From: Escherichia phage P1723
Reading direction: 5' to 3' (one strand)
Sequence record: MT465573
DNA length: 40,282 nt
Shown here: piece after piece, positions 37,374-40,282 of the stretch
Position numbering within the stretch: the first letter of the stretch is position 1
Layout of the letters: every line of letters begins with the position of its first letter
The notes under the pieces: model-generated
The model's database searches: none
Told to the model about the DNA's origin: nothing
What the model saw: the letters and a program-made list of their open reading frames with translations, nothing else
Position numbers and translations under genes: made by a program

Positions 37374-37838
37374 ATGCTGGAGATTTTAAAGAAGGCTCTC
37401 CCAATCCTAGTGTTAATCGGCGTGTTTGCCTTAGGGTATAACGTTGGTAGCACCAAGGTGGAGACCAAATGGAAGGAGGAGATACACAATGAGTACGTTA
37501 CGAAGACAGAAGCTAAACAAGCTACTCAGGCTGCGGTCAACAAGATTAGCGCTAAGTACCAAGAAGACTACTCCGCGCTGGAAGGCAGCACTGATAGGGT
37601 TATTGCTGACCTTAAGTCTGATAACAGGCGGCTGTACGCCAAAGTATGCGCCCCCGGCTCAGCCAGAAGCAGTGACGGTCGATGCGAGTCTGTTATCCCC
37701 GTCGAACTACACGAGTCAACTGTTAGAAGCCTTGTCAAAATAACAGAGGCTGCTGACCTGAAGGAGAAAGCCCTTCAAGACACTATTCGTAAACTGATAG
37801 CTAACCATAAGGAGAACAACAGTGAGCGACTACGATAA
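37374..37838 (+). CDS. 18.5: i-spanin (Rz-like), gene 18.5
   Basis: N-terminal TM helix [14 protein letters not shown], then KWKEE.HNEYV...[24 protein letters not shown] matching T7 gp18.5. Confidence 0.85.
   Translation: MLEILKKALPILVLIGVFALGYNVGSTKVETKWKEEIHNEYVTKTEAKQATQAAVNKISAKYQEDYSALEGSTDRVIADLKSDNRRLYAKVCAPGSARSSDGRCESVIPVELHESTVRSLVKITEAADLKEKALQDTIRKLIANHKENNSERLR
37489..37743 (+). CDS. 18.7: o-spanin (Rz1-like lipoprotein), gene 18.7, nested in the +1 frame of 18.5
   Basis: MSTLR...[25 protein letters not shown]: lipobox Cys after a hydrophobic stretch; N-terminus matches T7 gp18.7 (MSTLREL...KKTLPRWKGALIGLFL). Confidence 0.8.
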   Translation: MSTLRRQKLNKLLRLRSTRLALSTKKTTPRWKAALIGLLLTLSLITGGCTPKYAPPAQPEAVTVDASLLSPSNYTSQLLEALSK

Positions 37839-39573
37839 CGATAAGATTATCCAACAGCTCAAATCAGACTTCGTTGCCTTCCTGTTTGTATTATGGAGGG
37901 CACTGAATCTACCCAAGCCAACCAAGTGTCAGATTGACATGGCGAAGGTAGTAGCTGACGAGCGTAACAAGAAGTTCATCCTTCAGGCATTCCGAGGTAT
38001 CGGGAAGTCGTTCATCTTGTGTGCCTTTGTGGTCTGGACGCTATGGCGTAACCCGCAACTAAAGGTCCTCATTGTGTCGGCCTCCAAGGAACGTGCGGAT
38101 GCTAACAGTATCTTCATTAAGAACATCATCGACTTGTTGCCTTTCCTTCATGAGCTTAAGCCTCGTCCGGGACAGCGTGACAGTGTGATTAGCTTTGACG
38201 TTGGACCAGCCATGCCTGACCATAGTCCGAGCGTGAAGTCAGTGGGTATTACTGGTCAGTTGACTGGTAGTCGTGCTGATATCATCCTAGCAGATGACGT
38301 AGAGGTTCCCGGCAACAGTGCTACCGCTGGTGCTCGTGAGAAGCTATGGACTCTGGTACAGGAGTTTGCGGCCTTGCTGAAGCCTTTGGATAGCTCTCGG
38401 GTTATCTACTTGGGTACACCACAGACCGAAATGACTCTCTATAAGGAACTGGAAGATAACCGTGGTTACACGACCACAATCTGGCCAGCTCAATACCCAC
38501 GCAACAAGGAAGAGGACTTGTATTACTCTCAGCGACTGGCCCCGATGCTACGTGAGGAGTACGACGAGTACCCTGAGATGCTTGCTGGTCAACCTACCGA
38601 CCCTGTGCGATTCGACCACGATGACCTTCGTGAGCGTGAGCTTGAATACGGGAAGGCTGGTTACACGTTGCAGTTCATGCTTAACCCTAACCTCAGTGAT
38701 GCCGAGAAGTACCCATTACGTATGCGTGATTGCATCGTAGCGGCCTTGGACATCGAGAAGGCACCAATGCATTACCAATGGCTACCAAACCGTCAGAACG
38801 TGAATGACGAGCTTCCTAACGTGGGACTTAAGGGCGATTCCCTGCACAGTTACCATGAGTGCTCTAACCGTTCCTCTGAGTATACCCAGAAGATTCTTGT
38901 GATTGACCCTAGTGGTCGAGGCAAGGATGAGACGGGTTATTGCGTCCTGTATGCGCTGAATGGCTACATCTACCTGATGGAAGCTGGCGGCAAGGACGGG
39001 TACGAAGAGAAGACGTTGATTGAGTTAGCCAAGATTGCCAAGAAGTGGAAAGTACAGACAGTGGTCTTTGAGTCCAACTTCGGTGACGGTATGTTTGGTA
39101 AGGTCTTCCAGCCAATCCTGCTACAGTATCATCCTGCTACACTTGAGGAGATTCGTGCACGAGGCATGAAGGAGTTACGTATCTGCGATACCTTAGAGCC
39201 AGTCTTAACGACTCACCGTCTTGTCGTTCGTGATGAGGTCATCCGTGAGGACTATCAGACAGCTCGTGACAAGGATGGGAAACCCGATGTGTCCTACAGT
39301 CTCTTCCACCAGTTCACACGCATCACGCGCGTTAAGGGAGCCTTGAAGCACGACGATAGGCTGGATGCCTTAGCGTTAGGCGTAGAGTTCCTTCGTGAGT
39401 CCATGAAGTTGGACAGCGTTAAGGTTGAAGAAGAGAAGGTGCTGGAGTTCCTTGAGCACCACATGGAGTCGCCCTTAGTGAGCAACAAGCACATCCACCA
39501 GATGACCTTTGGTGCACTTGATGTCTACTATGAGGATGACGACTTGTCTAGCGGTAACATCATGGGATGGTAA
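37822..39573 (+). CDS. 19: Terminase large subunit, gene 19 (GTG start)
   Basis: 583 aa; [59 protein letters not shown] near-identical to T7 gp19; no in-frame ATG near the N-terminus; GTG at 37822 follows a TAAGGAGAA RBS. Confidence 0.93.
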   Translation: MSDYDNDKIIQQLKSDFVAFLFVLWRALNLPKPTKCQIDMAKVVADERNKKFILQAFRGIGKSFILCAFVVWTLWRNPQLKVLIVSASKERADANSIFIKNIIDLLPFLHELKPRPGQRDSVISFDVGPAMPDHSPSVKSVGITGQLTGSRADIILADDVEVPGNSATAGAREKLWTLVQEFAALLKPLDSSRVIYLGTPQTEMTLYKELEDNRGYTTTIWPAQYPRNKEEDLYYSQRLAPMLREEYDEYPEMLAGQPTDPVRFDHDDLRERELEYGKAGYTLQFMLNPNLSDAEKYPLRMRDCIVAALDIEKAPMHYQWLPNRQNVNDELPNVGLKGDSLHSYHECSNRSSEYTQKILVIDPSGRGKDETGYCVLYALNGYIYLMEAGGKDGYEEKTLIELAKIAKKWKVQTVVFESNFGDGMFGKVFQPILLQYHPATLEEIRARGMKELRICDTLEPVLTTHRLVVRDEVIREDYQTARDKDGKPDVSYSLFHQFTRITRVKGALKHDDRLDALALGVEFLRESMKLDSVKVEEEKVLEFLEHHMESPLVSNKHIHQMTFGALDVYYEDDDLSSGNIMGW

Positions 39574-39676
39574 TACCTTAAGTCACATTGAGTGCTTATG
39601 CACTAATAGTGAATACTTATGGAGGTACACATGGAAGTGGCCTCTATAAGAAATTCCTTATGAATCAATAGGTTTG

Positions 39677-39699
39677 CATTAACCCACACTATAGGGAGA
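39677..39699 (+). promoter_or_regulatory. Phage RNAP promoter (phiOR-like) near the right end
   Basis: TTTGCATTAACCCACACTATAGGGAGAGGG, +1 at 39694; no substantial ORF downstream. Confidence 0.8.
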
Positions 39700-40092
39700 G
39701 GGTACTCAAAGACTACCTTAAGTTATCATTATAGTTATTCACCATAAGTATTCATTCAAGACCATTATGACCATTAACAGATTACTTAGAGTGTCCTTAT
39801 GAGAGGGTGGATATTATTATTATAATCACCCTATCCTAAAGATACTTAGAGGCACCTAGCTATCCTATAGTTATATCCTAAAGAGGTAAACGCTACGGTG
39901 TACTCAAATGGGTCTATAGGTGTTCCTGATATGATGATACACACTATCACATCACTCACACCTGACCACCTAAACGTTAACCACCCAAGGGTCTCTCATG
40001 GTCTCTTGTGGTCTACCTTTGGTTAGGCCGTACCCTTTGGTGATACCTTTGGAGGTCCCTTTAAGAATCCTACAGAAAAATCTGAGTGACTA

Positions 40093-40282
40093 TCTCAAAG
40101 ATACAACTCCCAAAGTTCCCCCATAGCCCTCTTTAAGTTCACCTTCGGTGGCCCTTCCCCTTTGGTTACTCTTTAAGTGACACCTTTGGTGGTTCGTTTG
40201 GTTCTCCTGAGGCGGTGTTGAGACCCTTTGGTGAGACATTAGGGAGACCATTTGGTGACATTTGGTTATGCCTCAGTCCCTA
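40093..40282. repeat. Putative terminal-repeat / genome-end region with CCTTTGGT-type short repeats
   Basis: TCTCAAAGATACAACTCCCAAAGTTCCCCCATAGCCCTCTTTAAG resembles the T3/T7 left-end sequence; CCTTTGGT/CCCTTTAAG repeats continue across the window end into positions 1-80. Confidence 0.35.

Overview
This 40,282-bp window reads as an essentially complete genome of a T7-like podophage (Autographiviridae, T3-like lineage), with every gene on the + strand in canonical T7 order. From left to right: three near-identical host sigma70-type early promoters, gene 0.3 (T3-type SAM lyase, not Ocr), 0.7 protein kinase, gene 1 single-subunit RNA polymerase, DNA metabolism genes (ligase, nucleotide kinase, gp2 host-RNAP inhibitor, SSB, HNH endonuclease, endonuclease I, lysozyme/amidase, primase-helicase, DNA polymerase, exonuclease), structural genes (portal, scaffold, capsid 10A/10B, tail tube 11/12, internal core 13-16, tail fiber 17), lysis genes (holin, nested spanins) and terminase 18/19. 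Thirteen copies of a 23-bp phage promoter (consensus ATTAACCCACACTATAGGGAGA) are present, plus a T7-type Tphi terminator after gene 10 and conserved RNase III processing hairpins. The most unusual points are: a perfect 326-bp tandem duplication spanning the gene 16 end, the phi17 promoter and the first 222 nt of gene 17; a mosaic tail fiber; an RNAP specificity loop that co-varies with the promoter; and several uncharacterised early and small membrane ORFs. No tRNA, CRISPR array, integrase or transposase was seen. All homology statements are from memory of T7/T3 proteins and motifs, not from a database search.
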